From Vibrio sp. (lineage in GTDB: Bacteria; Pseudomonadota; Gammaproteobacteria; Enterobacterales; Vibrionaceae), in assembly GCF_050299255.1 (NCBI RefSeq), contig NZ_JBNKVP010000012.1, positions 5,606 through 69,605 of the forward strand: DNA of 64,000 bases, given 5' to 3'. How positions within the stretch are numbered: position 1 is the first letter of the stretch; every line of letters starts with the position of its first letter. Below the pieces are notes generated by a model. It worked only from the letters and a program-made list of their open reading frames with translations, did no database searches and was not told the origin of the DNA. Shown in pieces: positions 1 to 12,223 of this stretch. Made by a program: the position numbers and the translations under genes.

Positions 1-110
1 GATCATTTTTCGTGGCGAAACCGGCCTTACAGGCGGCTGACAGTTGTCCTTTTTTTATACTAAGTAAGGAATATGTTAGAAATTGCGTGTTTCAGCCCAT
101 GTTTACACCT

Positions 111-1236
<1,126 letters not shown>

Positions 1237-1296
1237 CGCTTCTGCGGTTCGCCACTATGGGTGAACTGGAATCAGCTCAGATAGGATTTCGAACGC

Positions 1297-2199
1297 ATGA
1301 AGCCAATCTTTGGTAGAGGCCCTTCACTTCAGTTAAGACTATTTATCGCCGTTATAGTATCAGCCAGCCTTATGCTGGCTGATAGTCGTTTGGGTGCATT
1401 TTCTGATGTACGTTACCTGCTCAACAGCATGGTTGCTCCGATCCAATACGCCGCCGATTTGCCGCGGGTAATGTTTGACGGCTTTTACGAACGATTTAAC
1501 AGCCGCCAGGAGCTGATGCAGTCCAACCACAACCTGCGTCGTGAAGTGCTGGGACTGAAAAGTGAACTGGTGCTGCTGGACCAATATCGCGAAGAGAACC
1601 AGCGGCTGCGCAAGTTGCTGGGGTCTTCGTTTGTCCGCGATGAGCGTAAAGTGGTCACGGAAGTCATGGCGGTCGATACTTCACCCTACCGTCATCAGGT
1701 AGTGATCGATAAAGGCCGTACCGACGGTGTTTATGTCGGTCAGCCGGTCATCAATGACAAAGGTATCGTCGGTCAGGTTACTTTTGTTTCGGCACACAAC
1801 AGCCGGGTACTGCTGCTGACTGACAGCAACAGCGCCATTCCTGTCCAGGTCATCCGCAACGACATCCGGGTGATAGCATCTGGCAATGCCCAAGTGGACA
1901 AAATGCAGCTGGAACACATTCCTATCAGTACCGACATTCAGGAAGGCGACTTATTGGTCAGCTCCGGATTGGGGGAAATCTATCCTGAAGGCTACCCGGT
2001 TGCGGTGGTGGCCAAAGTCGAACGTGACAGTCGGCGAGAGTTCGCCTTGATCGAAGCGGATCCGGTGGTCGATTTTGAGCGGCTGCGTTATCTGTTGTTG
2101 GTCTGGCCGAGTGAAGCCAATCAGAAATCAGTTGAAGAAGAGCCTGCGCCACAACCGCCGGCAGCAACCGTGTCTGATGAGGAGCAAAAAGATGGCTAA
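1297..2199 (+). CDS. mreC: Rod-shape-determining protein MreC
   Basis: 300 aa with an N-terminal hydrophobic anchor, a coiled-coil-like segment (ELVLLDQYREENQRLRKLL), a beta-rich core and a Pro/Glu-rich tail. It sits in the conserved position between mreB and mreD. Confidence 0.93.
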   Translation: MKPIFGRGPSLQLRLFIAVIVSASLMLADSRLGAFSDVRYLLNSMVAPIQYAADLPRVMFDGFYERFNSRQELMQSNHNLRREVLGLKSELVLLDQYREENQRLRKLLGSSFVRDERKVVTEVMAVDTSPYRHQVVIDKGRTDGVYVGQPVINDKGIVGQVTFVSAHNSRVLLLTDSNSAIPVQVIRNDIRVIASGNAQVDKMQLEHIPISTDIQEGDLLVSSGLGEIYPEGYPVAVVAKVERDSRREFALIEADPVVDFERLRYLLLVWPSEANQKSVEEEPAPQPPAATVSDEEQKDG

Positions 2200-2680
2200 C
2201 CACGTACTGCAAAGTAAAATGGTGATTGCGACCACTTTTCTGCTCGCACTGGTACTGCAAACCATTCCATGGCCAGGAATACTGGATCTGCTAAGGCCCT
2301 CCTGGCTGCTGTTGGTTACCTGTTATTGGGTTCTGGCGCTGCCACACCGGGTCAATGTCGGTACCGCTCTGGTGCTGGGCTTATTGTGGGATTTGCTGCT
2401 GGGCTCGACACTCGGTATCCGCGGGATGATGATGGCGATTGTGATTTATATCGTCGCGCTAAACTTCCTGGTACTGCGAAATATGGCGCTCTGGCAGCAG
2501 GCGATCATCATCGCGCTACTGTCTATGTTGCTGCAAGTGCTGATATTTTTTGGAGAATACTTGATTCAGGATGTCGCCTTTAACCCGTTGTCACTGTGGA
2601 GCGGCCTGATTAACTGTATACTGTGGTCATGGTTATTTTTGTTGTTGCGCCGGGTTCGGCGTCACTGGCACGTAAAGTAG
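2192..2680 (+). CDS. mreD: Rod-shape-determining membrane protein MreD
   Basis: The track ORF 2075..2680 starts inside mreC. The in-frame ATG at 2192 (MANHVLQSKMVIATTFLLALV...) gives a 162-aa polytopic membrane protein of typical MreD size. It overlaps the mreC 3' end by 8 nt. Confidence 0.88.
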   Translation: MANHVLQSKMVIATTFLLALVLQTIPWPGILDLLRPSWLLLVTCYWVLALPHRVNVGTALVLGLLWDLLLGSTLGIRGMMMAIVIYIVALNFLVLRNMALWQQAIIIALLSMLLQVLIFFGEYLIQDVAFNPLSLWSGLINCILWSWLFLLLRRVRRHWHVK

Positions 2681-2684
2681 AACA

Positions 2685-3245
2685 ATGAGCAAAAGATTAG
2701 TCCTGGCCTCCGGCTCTCCTCGTCGAAAAGAGTTGTTGCAGCAACTCGGTTATCAGTTCGATATTTTGATTCCGGCTGTTGAAGAACAGCGACAGCCCGA
2801 TGAGTCACCGGTGCACTATGTTGAGCGGCTGGCGCGAGAGAAAGCGCTAGCGGTGCTGGCTTATGCAGGTGATGTCGTGGTGCTCGGGTCTGATACTATC
2901 GTGGTGTGCGACAAGCAGGTGTTAGAAAAACCGGCTGATTTTGCCGCGGCGAAACAGATGCTGCAACAGTTGTCCGGGCGATCGCATCAGGTGATGACAT
3001 CGGTATGTATCGCCACCCCACAAGTGCAAAAAACGGTGCTGGTTACCACTCAAGTCTGGTTTAAATGCCTGTCAGAACAAGAAATAGAACAGTATTGGCA
3101 ATCTGGTGAGCCTTGCGACAAAGCGGGCAGTTACGGAATCCAGGGACTTGGTGGGCGATTTGTTACCCGCATCGAAGGCAGCTATCACGCTGTTGTTGGT
3201 TTACCCCTGTACGAAACGGACCAACTGCTACAAGAATTCTTATAA
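2685..3245 (+). CDS. maf: Maf/YhdE-type nucleoside triphosphate pyrophosphatase
   Basis: 186 aa with the LASGSPRRKELL N-terminal motif and a GAYGIQ-like motif (AGSYGIQG). It follows mreD as in enterobacteria. Confidence 0.92.
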   Translation: MSKRLVLASGSPRRKELLQQLGYQFDILIPAVEEQRQPDESPVHYVERLAREKALAVLAYAGDVVVLGSDTIVVCDKQVLEKPADFAAAKQMLQQLSGRSHQVMTSVCIATPQVQKTVLVTTQVWFKCLSEQEIEQYWQSGEPCDKAGSYGIQGLGGRFVTRIEGSYHAVVGLPLYETDQLLQEFL

Positions 3246-3266
3246 AATCAAATTTGAGGTGCTCTC

Positions 3267-4736
3267 ATGAGTACAGAGTTGCTTATAAATGTTACCCCCA
3301 GTGAAACCCGGGTCGCGATGATCGAGGGGGGAACCCTCCAGGAAATCCATGTCGAACGTGAAGCCAAACGAGGCATAGTCGGCAATATCTATAAAGGTAA
3401 AGTCAGTCGTGTACTGCCCGGCATGCAGGCCGCGTTTGTCGATATCGGTCTGGATAAAGCGGCTTTTCTGCATGCTTCCGATATTGTCCCCCATACCGAA
3501 TGTGTCGCGGAAAATGAAAAGCAGCAGTTCCAGGTACGGGATATCTCTGAGTTAGTCCGCCAGGGGCAGGATATTGTGGTGCAGGTGGTGAAAGATCCAC
3601 TCGGTACTAAAGGGGCTCGCTTAACCACTGACATTACCCTGCCATCCCGTTATCTGGTGTTTATGCCGGGAGCTAGTCACGTAGGGGTTTCCCAGCGCAT
3701 CGAAAGTGAACAAGAGCGTGATCGGCTGAAAAAAGTCGTGGCCGATTACTGTGATGAACTGGGCGGTTTTATTATTCGCACCGCCGCAGAAGGCGCAGAC
3801 GAAAAAGAGTTGTCCCAGGATGCGGCATTTTTGAAACGTCTGTGGTCTAAGGTTATGGAGCGTCGCAGCAAATACAAGACCCGTTCGACGTTGTACGGTG
3901 AGCTTGGGCTGTCGCAACGTATTCTGCGTGACTTTGTCGGTACCGAACTGGATAAGATTCTGGTGGATTCACGGCAGGAATTCGAAAACCTGCAGGAGTT
4001 TACCTCTGAATATGTGCCCGAACTGACAGAGAAACTGGATCTGTACGAAGGGGATAAACCTATCTTCGATATGTACGACACCGAAAATGAAATCCAGCGA
4101 GCGTTAGATCGCAAAGTCGAGCTCAAATCGGGTGGCTACCTGATCATCGACCAAACGGAAGCAATGACCACGGTCGACATCAATACCGGTGCGTTTGTTG
4201 GTCGTCGCAATCTGGAAGAGACCATATTCAATACCAATATTGAAGCGACACAGGCCATCGCCCGTCAACTGAGGCTGAGGAATCTGGGCGGTATTATTAT
4301 CATTGATTTCATCGACATGGCATCAGACGACCATCGCGTGCGAGTACTCAACTCGCTCGAGACGGCGCTGAACAAAGACAGGGTGAAAACCAATATCAAT
4401 GGTTTCACCCAACTTGGCTTGGTCGAAATGACCCGTAAGCGCACCAGAGAAAGCATCGAGCATGTGCTGTGCTCGCAATGTCCGACCTGTGAAGGGCGTG
4501 GCAGTGTCAAAACGGTGGAAACCATCTGTTATGAAATTCTGCGTGAAATTACCCGGGTTAACCGCGCCTACGATGCCGATAAATTTGTGGTGTATGCATC
4601 GCCATTGGTGGCAGAAGCCCTGGATGGAGAGGAATCCCACGCTCTGGCTGAGCTGGAGCTGTTTATTGGTAAGCAAGTGCACATTCAGGCTGAGCCCCTG
4701 TACATTCAGGAACAGTTTGACGTCGTGATGATGTAA
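3267..4736 (+). CDS. rng: Ribonuclease G
   Basis: 489 aa. The N-terminus MSTELLINVTPSETRVAMIEGG is close to E. coli RNase G, with an S1-like segment and an RNase E/G catalytic core (TTVDINTG). Confidence 0.95.
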   Translation: MSTELLINVTPSETRVAMIEGGTLQEIHVEREAKRGIVGNIYKGKVSRVLPGMQAAFVDIGLDKAAFLHASDIVPHTECVAENEKQQFQVRDISELVRQGQDIVVQVVKDPLGTKGARLTTDITLPSRYLVFMPGASHVGVSQRIESEQERDRLKKVVADYCDELGGFIIRTAAEGADEKELSQDAAFLKRLWSKVMERRSKYKTRSTLYGELGLSQRILRDFVGTELDKILVDSRQEFENLQEFTSEYVPELTEKLDLYEGDKPIFDMYDTENEIQRALDRKVELKSGGYLIIDQTEAMTTVDINTGAFVGRRNLEETIFNTNIEATQAIARQLRLRNLGGIIIIDFIDMASDDHRVRVLNSLETALNKDRVKTNINGFTQLGLVEMTRKRTRESIEHVLCSQCPTCEGRGSVKTVETICYEILREITRVNRAYDADKFVVYASPLVAEALDGEESHALAELELFIGKQVHIQAEPLYIQEQFDVVMM

Positions 4737-4755
4737 TTCCGGGTAGCAAAGAGCG

Positions 4756-7700
4756 ATGATAACCCGTTTATGGCGAATCAGTTTGTATCTTATGGTCGCT
4801 GCTCTGGTCTCATTGGCCATAGCAGTCACAGCCATGCGCGTGGTACTGCCCAAGTTAAACCAGTACCGTGACGAGATTCAAACCTGGGTTAATCAACAGA
4901 GCGGGATCGATTTTGAAATCGCGGCCATTGAAGGCTTCTGGCGCAATACCCACCCCTCCATTTCATTGCAGGGCGTCGACGCTGATACCGGTCCTGGCAG
5001 TGATATCCAGCTCACCGTCGGTCGTGTGGAAGTGGAGTTTGACCTGATCCAGTCGCTGTTACAACTGCAGCCAGTGGTCGCCGAGCTCACTTTGCATCAG
5101 ATGGCGCTGGATGTCAGTTCGATCAACTGGCTGGAAGCGCAAGCCGAGCAAGGCGCGGTAGCGAAACCGCAAAGCGATGATAGTTCGGTGATCAAGCAGC
5201 TGGAGAGCATTTTTCTGCGTCAGCTGGATGAGTTTGCCCTGCTGGATTCCCGCTTAACCTATCTTGGCTTGGATGGTCGTGAGCGGGAACTGGCGATTGA
5301 TAAGTTACGCTGGCGCAATCAGGGCAAACGGCACCTGGCTGACGGTATTGTCAGCGTAGTGGATAGCAATCTTAATTCTTTATCCGTCAGCGCTCAGTTT
5401 ACCGATTATGGCTCCGTCGCCGATGTTTCCGGTGACTTTTATCTGTCCGCAGATAATGTCCAGGTTGGCCCTTGGCTGACGCAGTACATTAAAACAGAAA
5501 CCGGCATTACCAAGGGACGCGCGAGCTTCAACAGCTGGCTGACACTGGAACGCAGTGAGCCCAAAGACGCCTATGTCGAGCTGCGACCATCGAAACTGTC
5601 CTGGCAGAATGACGTTGAACATCAGTTGACTGTTGATTCAGGCGTATTCAAGTTATTCCCAACTGATAAAGGCTGGCAGGTAATTGGTCACTCACTTAAG
5701 CTGTCTACCGATCAACAATCCTGGCCAGATATCGACTTGGCCTTCAACTGGCAACCCGAGCAGTGGCTGTTAAACGTATCCCAGTTGGAGTTGGCGAGGT
5801 TAAGGCCTTTGGTGAGCCTGATACCAGGTTCCAGCGATATCAGCACGACAGTCGATAAATTACAGCCTGGCGGCGTTTTAAGCGACATTCGTCTGTCGAT
5901 GGGCAGCGAGGTGGAGTCATTGCGGTATTCCGCCAACCTGACCGACGGGTCTCTGGCTCAGGGGTATCTGCTGCCGGAAGTGCACCGGTTGAGTGCCCAA
6001 ATCAGTGGTAACCTGGAACAACTCAATGCTAAGGCTGAGCTGATCGATGATCAGTTGCCTTACGGTGACGTATTCCAGGCGCCGTTGAATATAAAACAAG
6101 GGCTGGTCGATATTGTCTGGCAACAGTGGCCGCAAGGGGGCTGGAGTTTATGGGCGGATAAAGTCGCGGTTGCGACCCCGGATCTGCAGGCGCTGGGGGC
6201 GTTTCGCCTCGACATGCCTCCTGAGCAGAGCCCATTACTGTCATTTTACGCTGAGGCCGACCTGGTGAATGCCGGTCAGACCTGGCGTTACCTGCCGACA
6301 CTGGCGTTGGGGCGGGATCTGACCGACTACCTCTCTACTGCCATTCAGGGCGGCAAGGTGAATACCGCCAAATTGCTCTGGTATGGCCGTCTGGCCGATT
6401 TTCCCTACGCGGATAATAACGGTATGTTCCAGGCCTGGGTTGGACTCAAGCAAGGTAAGTTCAGTTTTGATACCGCCTGGCCTCCGATCACTGATCTGCA
6501 GTTGGATCTGTTATTTCAAAATGACGCCATGTATCTGGATTCAGACCATGCGGTGCTAATGGATGTTAATGCTGAGCGTATTACCGGACGGATTCCTCAT
6601 CTGGCCCCTGACGGCCATATCGAGATCGAAGCGAAAGCGAGAGGAAAAGGCAACGCGGTCAGAGATTATATGACGGCCACGCCGCTGGTGGATTCCGTCG
6701 GTGCGGCATTAACCACGATCCAGATCGATGGTGATGTCGATTCCGAGTTTCAGCTCAATATTCCGTTTAATCGTCAGCGTCAGCCCAGAGCCTGGGGCTA
6801 TGCCGATCTGGCCAGTGATCAGGTTAAGATCAATGCGCCGCCAATGGCATTAGCCGATGTCTCGGGACGGGTAGAGTTTGACAATGATGTCGTTAAGGCG
6901 GCGGGATTGAGCGCAATTTTGCTCGATCAGCCAGTTTCGATCGATTTTGCCGGTGAAAATGCCAGTGAAGGTTACGTGGTCAATATTGATGTGCTGGGGG
7001 ACTGGGATATCAAACCGCTGGTCCCCTATGTTGGCAAACAGTGGCTGGGCAAGCTATCTGGTCATGCGCCGTGGAATATGGATGTGGATATTCAGCTGGA
7101 TGATGTCGGCTTTACGTATCAGATCGATACCCGCGCCGACATCAAGCAGTTGGTAAGTGAATTCCCGTACCCGCTGGCCAAAGCGAAAGGGGTGGCCGGC
7201 CAGGCCAGATTGCAGGCATCCGGTAATCAGGAAACCGTCAGTGCGCGGCTGCAGGTACCGGGAGCCAAATATCAGACGGAAATTGACATTCGACCCAACA
7301 CTCCGGAACTTTATGCCAGTAATCTGATACTTGGACGTGGCAGCTTTAAGATCAGCCCGATTGTCGGCCATCAGGCCCAGGTCCGGCTGGATAAAATCGA
7401 TCTGGACTCCTGGCTGAGCGCGTTCGAAGCACCGGTTAAAACCGAAAAAACGCGTCTTTCTCAGCTCAATACTCCTGAGATCCCAATACCGGAGCGGGTT
7501 AACCTTAACAGTGAAACCGTCAACCTGGCCGGACTGGAATGGCACGATGTGGCGTTTGAAGCTAAGCGTAAAAATCTTGGCTGGTATATGCAGCTCAACA
7601 GCCAGGAAGCCAAAGGCGAAGCCAGCTATATTGAACCTTATGACCTTTCCGTGTCACTCGATCGGCTCCATGTGTTTGTCCCTCAGTTGGAACAACGGGA

Positions 7701-8628
7701 TGAGAGTAAATCCATCTTCGAAGCGGAAGATCAGTCGGCGCCACTGATCTCCGGTTTTGAACGCCGCTTCCATCAACTGATGCCGAATCTTACTCTGAAT
7801 ATCTCGGACTTCTGGTTGCAGGGTTACAAAGTGGGCAAGCTCAACATGGACTTACAACGGCGTGGAGATTCGCTGGAGTGGAAAAAGCTGTCGATGCAGA
7901 GTGGCAACAACCAGCTGGATATCAGTGGTCGTTGGGAGCTGTCTGGCGATCGCAGCCATACTCAGATGAATATGTCGGCCTCGGGCGAAAACAACAGCGA
8001 CGTGCTGGAACGGTTTGGCATTTCTACCGGTATTCAGCGTGCGCCGTTTGAGCTGGCGGCGGATACCGAGTGGGACGGGGCGCCTTGGTCAGCCCGCATC
8101 TCGTCGTTGCAAGGCGGTATGAAGATTAAGCTGGGCAAAGGCGTTGTATCGGATGTCAGCGGCGCTGCCAAGTTGTTGGGGCTGTTTAGCCTCGATTCGA
8201 TCATTCGTAAGATGCAGCTTGATTTCAGTGACGTATTTGACAACGGGATGGCTTTTAACTCGCTGACCGGTACCGGTAAGCTTCAGGACGGCATTTTTAT
8301 CACCAATGACATTCAGATGGATGCGGTTGCCGGTGAGATGAATATAAAAGGTATCGCCAACTTGAACAGTCAGATGGTCGATGCGGAAGTGAACTTTGTC
8401 CCGGATATTACCTCGGGTATTCCCGTGCTGACCGCTTTTGCCGTGACGCCACCTACAGCGCTGTATGTGCTGGCAATTACCACGGTGTTTGCGCCGGTTG
8501 TGGAAGTCTTTACTCAGGTGAACTACGAAGTTAAAGGACCGCTGGATTCTCCCAAAGTGAGCGAGCTGTCGCGGAGCCGGGGAGAGTTCACCCTGCCGAA
8601 AAAAATGCGCAAGGAAAAGCAACAGTAA
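4756..8628 (+). CDS. yhdP: YhdP-like AsmA-family large envelope protein
   Basis: 1290 aa with a single N-terminal TM helix followed by a long beta-rich periplasmic region. Size and position directly after rng match E. coli yhdP. Confidence 0.88.
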   Translation: MITRLWRISLYLMVAALVSLAIAVTAMRVVLPKLNQYRDEIQTWVNQQSGIDFEIAAIEGFWRNTHPSISLQGVDADTGPGSDIQLTVGRVEVEFDLIQSLLQLQPVVAELTLHQMALDVSSINWLEAQAEQGAVAKPQSDDSSVIKQLESIFLRQLDEFALLDSRLTYLGLDGRERELAIDKLRWRNQGKRHLADGIVSVVDSNLNSLSVSAQFTDYGSVADVSGDFYLSADNVQVGPWLTQYIKTETGITKGRASFNSWLTLERSEPKDAYVELRPSKLSWQNDVEHQLTVDSGVFKLFPTDKGWQVIGHSLKLSTDQQSWPDIDLAFNWQPEQWLLNVSQLELARLRPLVSLIPGSSDISTTVDKLQPGGVLSDIRLSMGSEVESLRYSANLTDGSLAQGYLLPEVHRLSAQISGNLEQLNAKAELIDDQLPYGDVFQAPLNIKQGLVDIVWQQWPQGGWSLWADKVAVATPDLQALGAFRLDMPPEQSPLLSFYAEADLVNAGQTWRYLPTLALGRDLTDYLSTAIQGGKVNTAKLLWYGRLADFPYADNNGMFQAWVGLKQGKFSFDTAWPPITDLQLDLLFQNDAMYLDSDHAVLMDVNAERITGRIPHLAPDGHIEIEAKARGKGNAVRDYMTATPLVDSVGAALTTIQIDGDVDSEFQLNIPFNRQRQPRAWGYADLASDQVKINAPPMALADVSGRVEFDNDVVKAAGLSAILLDQPVSIDFAGENASEGYVVNIDVLGDWDIKPLVPYVGKQWLGKLSGHAPWNMDVDIQLDDVGFTYQIDTRADIKQLVSEFPYPLAKAKGVAGQARLQASGNQETVSARLQVPGAKYQTEIDIRPNTPELYASNLILGRGSFKISPIVGHQAQVRLDKIDLDSWLSAFEAPVKTEKTRLSQLNTPEIPIPERVNLNSETVNLAGLEWHDVAFEAKRKNLGWYMQLNSQEAKGEASYIEPYDLSVSLDRLHVFVPQLEQRDESKSIFEAEDQSAPLISGFERRFHQLMPNLTLNISDFWLQGYKVGKLNMDLQRRGDSLEWKKLSMQSGNNQLDISGRWELSGDRSHTQMNMSASGENNSDVLERFGISTGIQRAPFELAADTEWDGAPWSARISSLQGGMKIKLGKGVVSDVSGAAKLLGLFSLDSIIRKMQLDFSDVFDNGMAFNSLTGTGKLQDGIFITNDIQMDAVAGEMNIKGIANLNSQMVDAEVNFVPDITSGIPVLTAFAVTPPTALYVLAITTVFAPVVEVFTQVNYEVKGPLDSPKVSELSRSRGEFTLPKKMRKEKQQ

Positions 8629-8656
8629 CACACGGAAAGCAATAGGAAGTGGACAG

Positions 8657-9487
8657 ATGGAAAAAGTAGGCCTGATACAGATGACATCCGGACCGGATGC
8701 CGAGCAAAACCTGGCTTATATTCAGACTCAGGTTGCACTGCTGGCTGAACAGGGCGCCGCTCTGGTGGTTACGCCAGAAAATGCGTTGGTATTTGGCAGT
8801 AAACGCGATTACCACCGAGTTGCCGAGTCTTTCGGTAGTGGTCCGCTGCAGCAGGCGATGAGTGAACTGGCGCGCAAACACCAGATTTGGTTGGTGGTCG
8901 GCAGCATGCCTATTCGCAGAGAGTCGGGTGTAACCACCACTTGCCTAGTGTTTGACCCGCAGGGTCAATGTCAGGCCAGTTACGATAAATTGCATATGTT
9001 TGATGTCGATGTGGCCGACGGCCATCGCCACTACCGGGAATCGGAAACTTTCACCCCTGGCAACGAGGTAAAATTGGTCCATACTCCGTTTGCCAATATT
9101 GGTTTGTCGATCTGTTATGATTTACGCTTCCCGCATCTGTATACTGAATTAAGAAACCGGGGCGCTGAACTGATTTTGGTTCCGGCGGCTTTTACTGCTG
9201 TCACCGGACGGGCACACTGGCAATCGTTACTACGAGCCAGGGCAATTGAAAATCAGTGCTGGGTGCTGGCGGTCAATCAAACCGGGCATCATCCATGTGG
9301 TCGCGAAACCTGGGGGCATTCAATGCTGATCGACCCCTGGGGGGAAGTGGTCGCAGATGCCGGCAGTCCGATGCACAGTATGCTGGCACAACTGGATATC
9401 AGTAAAGTTAACGATATCCGATCAGCAATGCCGGTGAGTCAGCACAACCGGTTTGAAAACCAATTTAAATCTAAGAGTACGGTATGA
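8657..9487 (+). CDS. Carbon-nitrogen hydrolase, Nit1/Nit2-like amidase
   Basis: 276 aa with CN-hydrolase triad contexts: VVTPE (Glu), YDKLHMF (Lys) and [11 protein letters not shown] (Cys). Confidence 0.85.
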   Translation: MEKVGLIQMTSGPDAEQNLAYIQTQVALLAEQGAALVVTPENALVFGSKRDYHRVAESFGSGPLQQAMSELARKHQIWLVVGSMPIRRESGVTTTCLVFDPQGQCQASYDKLHMFDVDVADGHRHYRESETFTPGNEVKLVHTPFANIGLSICYDLRFPHLYTELRNRGAELILVPAAFTAVTGRAHWQSLLRARAIENQCWVLAVNQTGHHPCGRETWGHSMLIDPWGEVVADAGSPMHSMLAQLDISKVNDIRSAMPVSQHNRFENQFKSKSTV

Positions 9488-10929
9488 CGATAAACCGCAT
9501 TGAACAAGCTCTGCTGGCACCGGCCGGACTGGATCAACAAAATCTGGCGGAAACGCTGGCCAGCATGGCAACGCGAGAGATTGATTATGCCGATCTCTAT
9601 TTTCAGTCGAGCTGGCACGAATCGTTAGTGCTGGAAGACAGCATTATTAAAGACGGCTCCTTTAACATCGATCAGGGTGTCGGTGTCCGGGCGGTAACCG
9701 GAGAGAAAACCGGTTTTGCTTATTCAGATCAGATCCAGCTTGAGGCGCTACAACAAAGTGCCAATGCGGCGCGTGGCATCGCCCAGCAGGGCCGGTCTGG
9801 TCGGGTGCAGGCGTTCAAACGTCACGATAATCCGGCGCAATATGCCGCAGTGAACCCGCTGGAGAGCTGGCAAAAACAGCAGAAAACCGAGCTGCTGAAA
9901 CAGCTGGATGCCTATATCCGGGCGAAAGAACCGCTGGTGAAAGAGGTGAGCATCAGTTTGAGCGGGGTGCATGAGCAAGTGCTGGTGGCCGCAACGGATG
10001 GCACCTATGCCGGCGATATTCGCCCATTGGTGCGCCTGTCTATCAGTGTGCTGGCACAAAAAGGTGACCGTCGCGAACGGGGCAGCGCGGGCGGTGGTGG
10101 TCGTTTTGGCTATGACTACTTTCTGAGTGATGATGCCGGCAGTCAGGTGGCATTTCGTTTCGCCGATGAAGCGATTCGTCAGGCGCTGGTCAATCTGGAA
10201 GCCGATGCGGCGCCTGCGGGAACCATGCCTGTGGTGTTGGGCTCCGGCTGGCCCGGTGTACTGCTGCACGAGGCGGTAGGACATGGCCTTGAAGGTGACT
10301 TTAACCGTAAAGAGTCTTCGGTCTTTTCAGGTAAAGTCGGACAAAAAGTTACGTCTGAGCTGTGTACTATCGTGGATGACGGCACGCTGAAAGATCTGCG
10401 CGGCTCGCTCAACATCGATGATGAAGGGGTCAATGGCCAGTACAACACCCTGATTGAAAATGGTGTGCTGAAAGGCTATATGCAGGACAAACTCAATGCA
10501 CGCCTGATGGGAACCGCTCCAACCGGTAACGGCCGTCGTGAGTCTTATGCGCACCTGCCAATGCCGCGGATGACCAACACCTACATGTTGCCTGGCCAGC
10601 ATAGCCCGGAAGAGATCATCGCCTCGGTGAAAAAAGGCTTGTACGCTCCGAACTTCGGCGGCGGCCAGGTAGACATTACCTCGGGGAAATTTGTCTTCTC
10701 AACCTCGGAAGCTTATCTGATTGAAGACGGTAAGATCACCCGCCCGGTCAAAGGCGCGACATTGATCGGATCCGGCATAGAAGCAATGCAGCAAGTCTCT
10801 ATGGTGGGCAATGACTTACAACTCGACCGCGGTGTCGGGGTGTGCGGTAAGGCCGGCCAGAGTGTCCCGGTCGGGGTTGGTCAGCCAACACTTAAGCTGG
10901 ACGCGCTCACCGTCGGTGGTACAGAATAA
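9484..10929 (+). CDS. tldD: Metalloprotease TldD
   Basis: 481 aa with the [11 protein letters not shown] zinc motif. The start ATG overlaps the upstream stop (ATGA), suggesting translational coupling. Confidence 0.95.
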   Translation: MTINRIEQALLAPAGLDQQNLAETLASMATREIDYADLYFQSSWHESLVLEDSIIKDGSFNIDQGVGVRAVTGEKTGFAYSDQIQLEALQQSANAARGIAQQGRSGRVQAFKRHDNPAQYAAVNPLESWQKQQKTELLKQLDAYIRAKEPLVKEVSISLSGVHEQVLVAATDGTYAGDIRPLVRLSISVLAQKGDRRERGSAGGGGRFGYDYFLSDDAGSQVAFRFADEAIRQALVNLEADAAPAGTMPVVLGSGWPGVLLHEAVGHGLEGDFNRKESSVFSGKVGQKVTSELCTIVDDGTLKDLRGSLNIDDEGVNGQYNTLIENGVLKGYMQDKLNARLMGTAPTGNGRRESYAHLPMPRMTNTYMLPGQHSPEEIIASVKKGLYAPNFGGGQVDITSGKFVFSTSEAYLIEDGKITRPVKGATLIGSGIEAMQQVSMVGNDLQLDRGVGVCGKAGQSVPVGVGQPTLKLDALTVGGTE

Positions 10930-10946
10930 GCGCGGTAGGAAAAATG

Positions 10947-10981
10947 AAAAAAGCTGCACTCAGTGCAGCTTTTTGTTTTTT
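10947..10981. terminator. Bidirectional intrinsic terminator between convergent tldD and arcA
   Basis: AAAAAAGCTGCAC-TCA-GTGCAGCTTTTTGTTTTTT. The 8-9 bp stem is flanked by an A-run and a T-run. Confidence 0.85.
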
Positions 10982-11002
10982 CAGCAATTGACTGGTTGTC
11001 GG

Positions 11003-12223
11003 TTACAAACCATCGCGCTCGATAGGGCAGCTCATACATCTGGCCCCGCCACGTCCGCGACCCAGTTCGTTGCCTGGAATCGTCAGTACTTCAATCCCGG
11101 CTTTATCGTATTTTTCATTGGTATAGACGTTACGCTCATAGCCGATAACCACGCCAGGTTTGACCGTCAGGACGTTATTGGCATCGTTCCACTGTTCCCG
11201 TTCAGCCTCATAGTTATCGCCGCCGGTAGTGATAATTTTCAGATAATCCAGTCCCAACGCCTCTTCAATGGCATGCACGTAGCTTGGCACCTTTTCGACT
11301 CGCATCTCACCGTCATCTTTTGGTGACAGGCGCCAGGTTTCCAGATCCTTGCGCATAATTTCCGGGTAAACCGAGAATGTGTCGATGTCCATGTGGGTCA
11401 TCACGGTATCCAGGTGCATGCAGGAACGGTGCTTAGGCAGATTTACTGCAATCACCTGGTTGGCCTGACCATGTTTAAACAATTGGGCCGCCAGATTTTC
11501 CACACCTTGCGGCGTGGTGCGCTCTGAAATGCCAATCAATACGGCACCTTTACCGATCACCAGGACATCACCACCCTCAATGTTGGCATTATCGTAATGC
11601 AGGTCTTCATCACCGAAATATTTGATGAAATCCTGGCCGGCGAACACCGGATGCCAGCGATAGATAGCGCGCAAATGGTTGGTTTCGCGCTGGCGCGCCG
11701 GCTTCATCATCGGGTTAAGTGACACACCACCGTAAACCCAACATGAGGTATCACGAGTAAACAGATGGTTAGGTAACGGTTCGATCACGAAATCCAGTGG
11801 CCGGTGCATATTTGGCAGCATCGACGAGGACTTGATCGGTAACTCGGAATAGGCCAGTCCGCCTAGTAACAAGGTTGCCAGGTGCTCATTATCCAATTCT
11901 GCCAGGTAGTGGCGTAAATCGCGGGCGAATGTCGGGCCATAGCGAAAATCTGATATTTGAGTGGTCAACAGCCAGTGGCGAGCTTCTGCCACTTCCAGAG
12001 TTTCCACCAACAAATCATGCAGCAGTAATACCTCTACGCCTTGCTGACGCAGGGTTTCGGCAAACGCGTCATGTTCTTTGCCTGCGGCTTCAACCGCCAA
12101 CACGTCGTCAAACAACAGCTCATGACAGTTCGAAGGGGTTAGATGAGTCAGCGCCCGTTCCGGGCGGTTCAACAATACTCGTCTTAATTGGCCGACTTCA
12201 GAGCCTACATACAACTCGCTCAT
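11003..12223 (-). CDS. arcA: Arginine deiminase
   Basis: 406 aa. The N-terminus [25 protein letters not shown] and the C-terminal catalytic Cys context GGARCMSCP are typical of arginine deiminase. No arcB, arcC or arcD gene is adjacent. Confidence 0.92.
   Translation of the reverse strand: MSELYVGSEVGQLRRVLLNRPERALTHLTPSNCHELLFDDVLAVEAAGKEHDAFAETLRQQGVEVLLLHDLLVETLEVAEARHWLLTTQISDFRYGPTFARDLRHYLAELDNEHLATLLLGGLAYSELPIKSSSMLPNMHRPLDFVIEPLPNHLFTRDTSCWVYGGVSLNPMMKPARQRETNHLRAIYRWHPVFAGQDFIKYFGDEDLHYDNANIEGGDVLVIGKGAVLIGISERTTPQGVENLAAQLFKHGQANQVIAVNLPKHRSCMHLDTVMTHMDIDTFSVYPEIMRKDLETWRLSPKDDGEMRVEKVPSYVHAIEEALGLDYLKIITTGGDNYEAEREQWNDANNVLTVKPGVVIGYERNVYTNEKYDKAGIEVLTIPGNELGRGRGGARCMSCPIERDGL

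Noticed and set aside
2-56. A possible 3' end of an upstream plus-strand gene (frame ending ...GETGLTGG-TGA at 38-40) followed by a 7-T run.
   Set aside because: Only 12 codons are visible and the hairpin preceding the T-run is very weak. This is too little evidence to call a CDS or a terminator.
2269-2583. A 104-aa alternate-frame ORF inside mreD.
   Set aside because: It lies entirely within the mreD membrane-protein frame. The Ala/Gly/Arg-rich translation is typical of an off-frame reading, and it has no SD.
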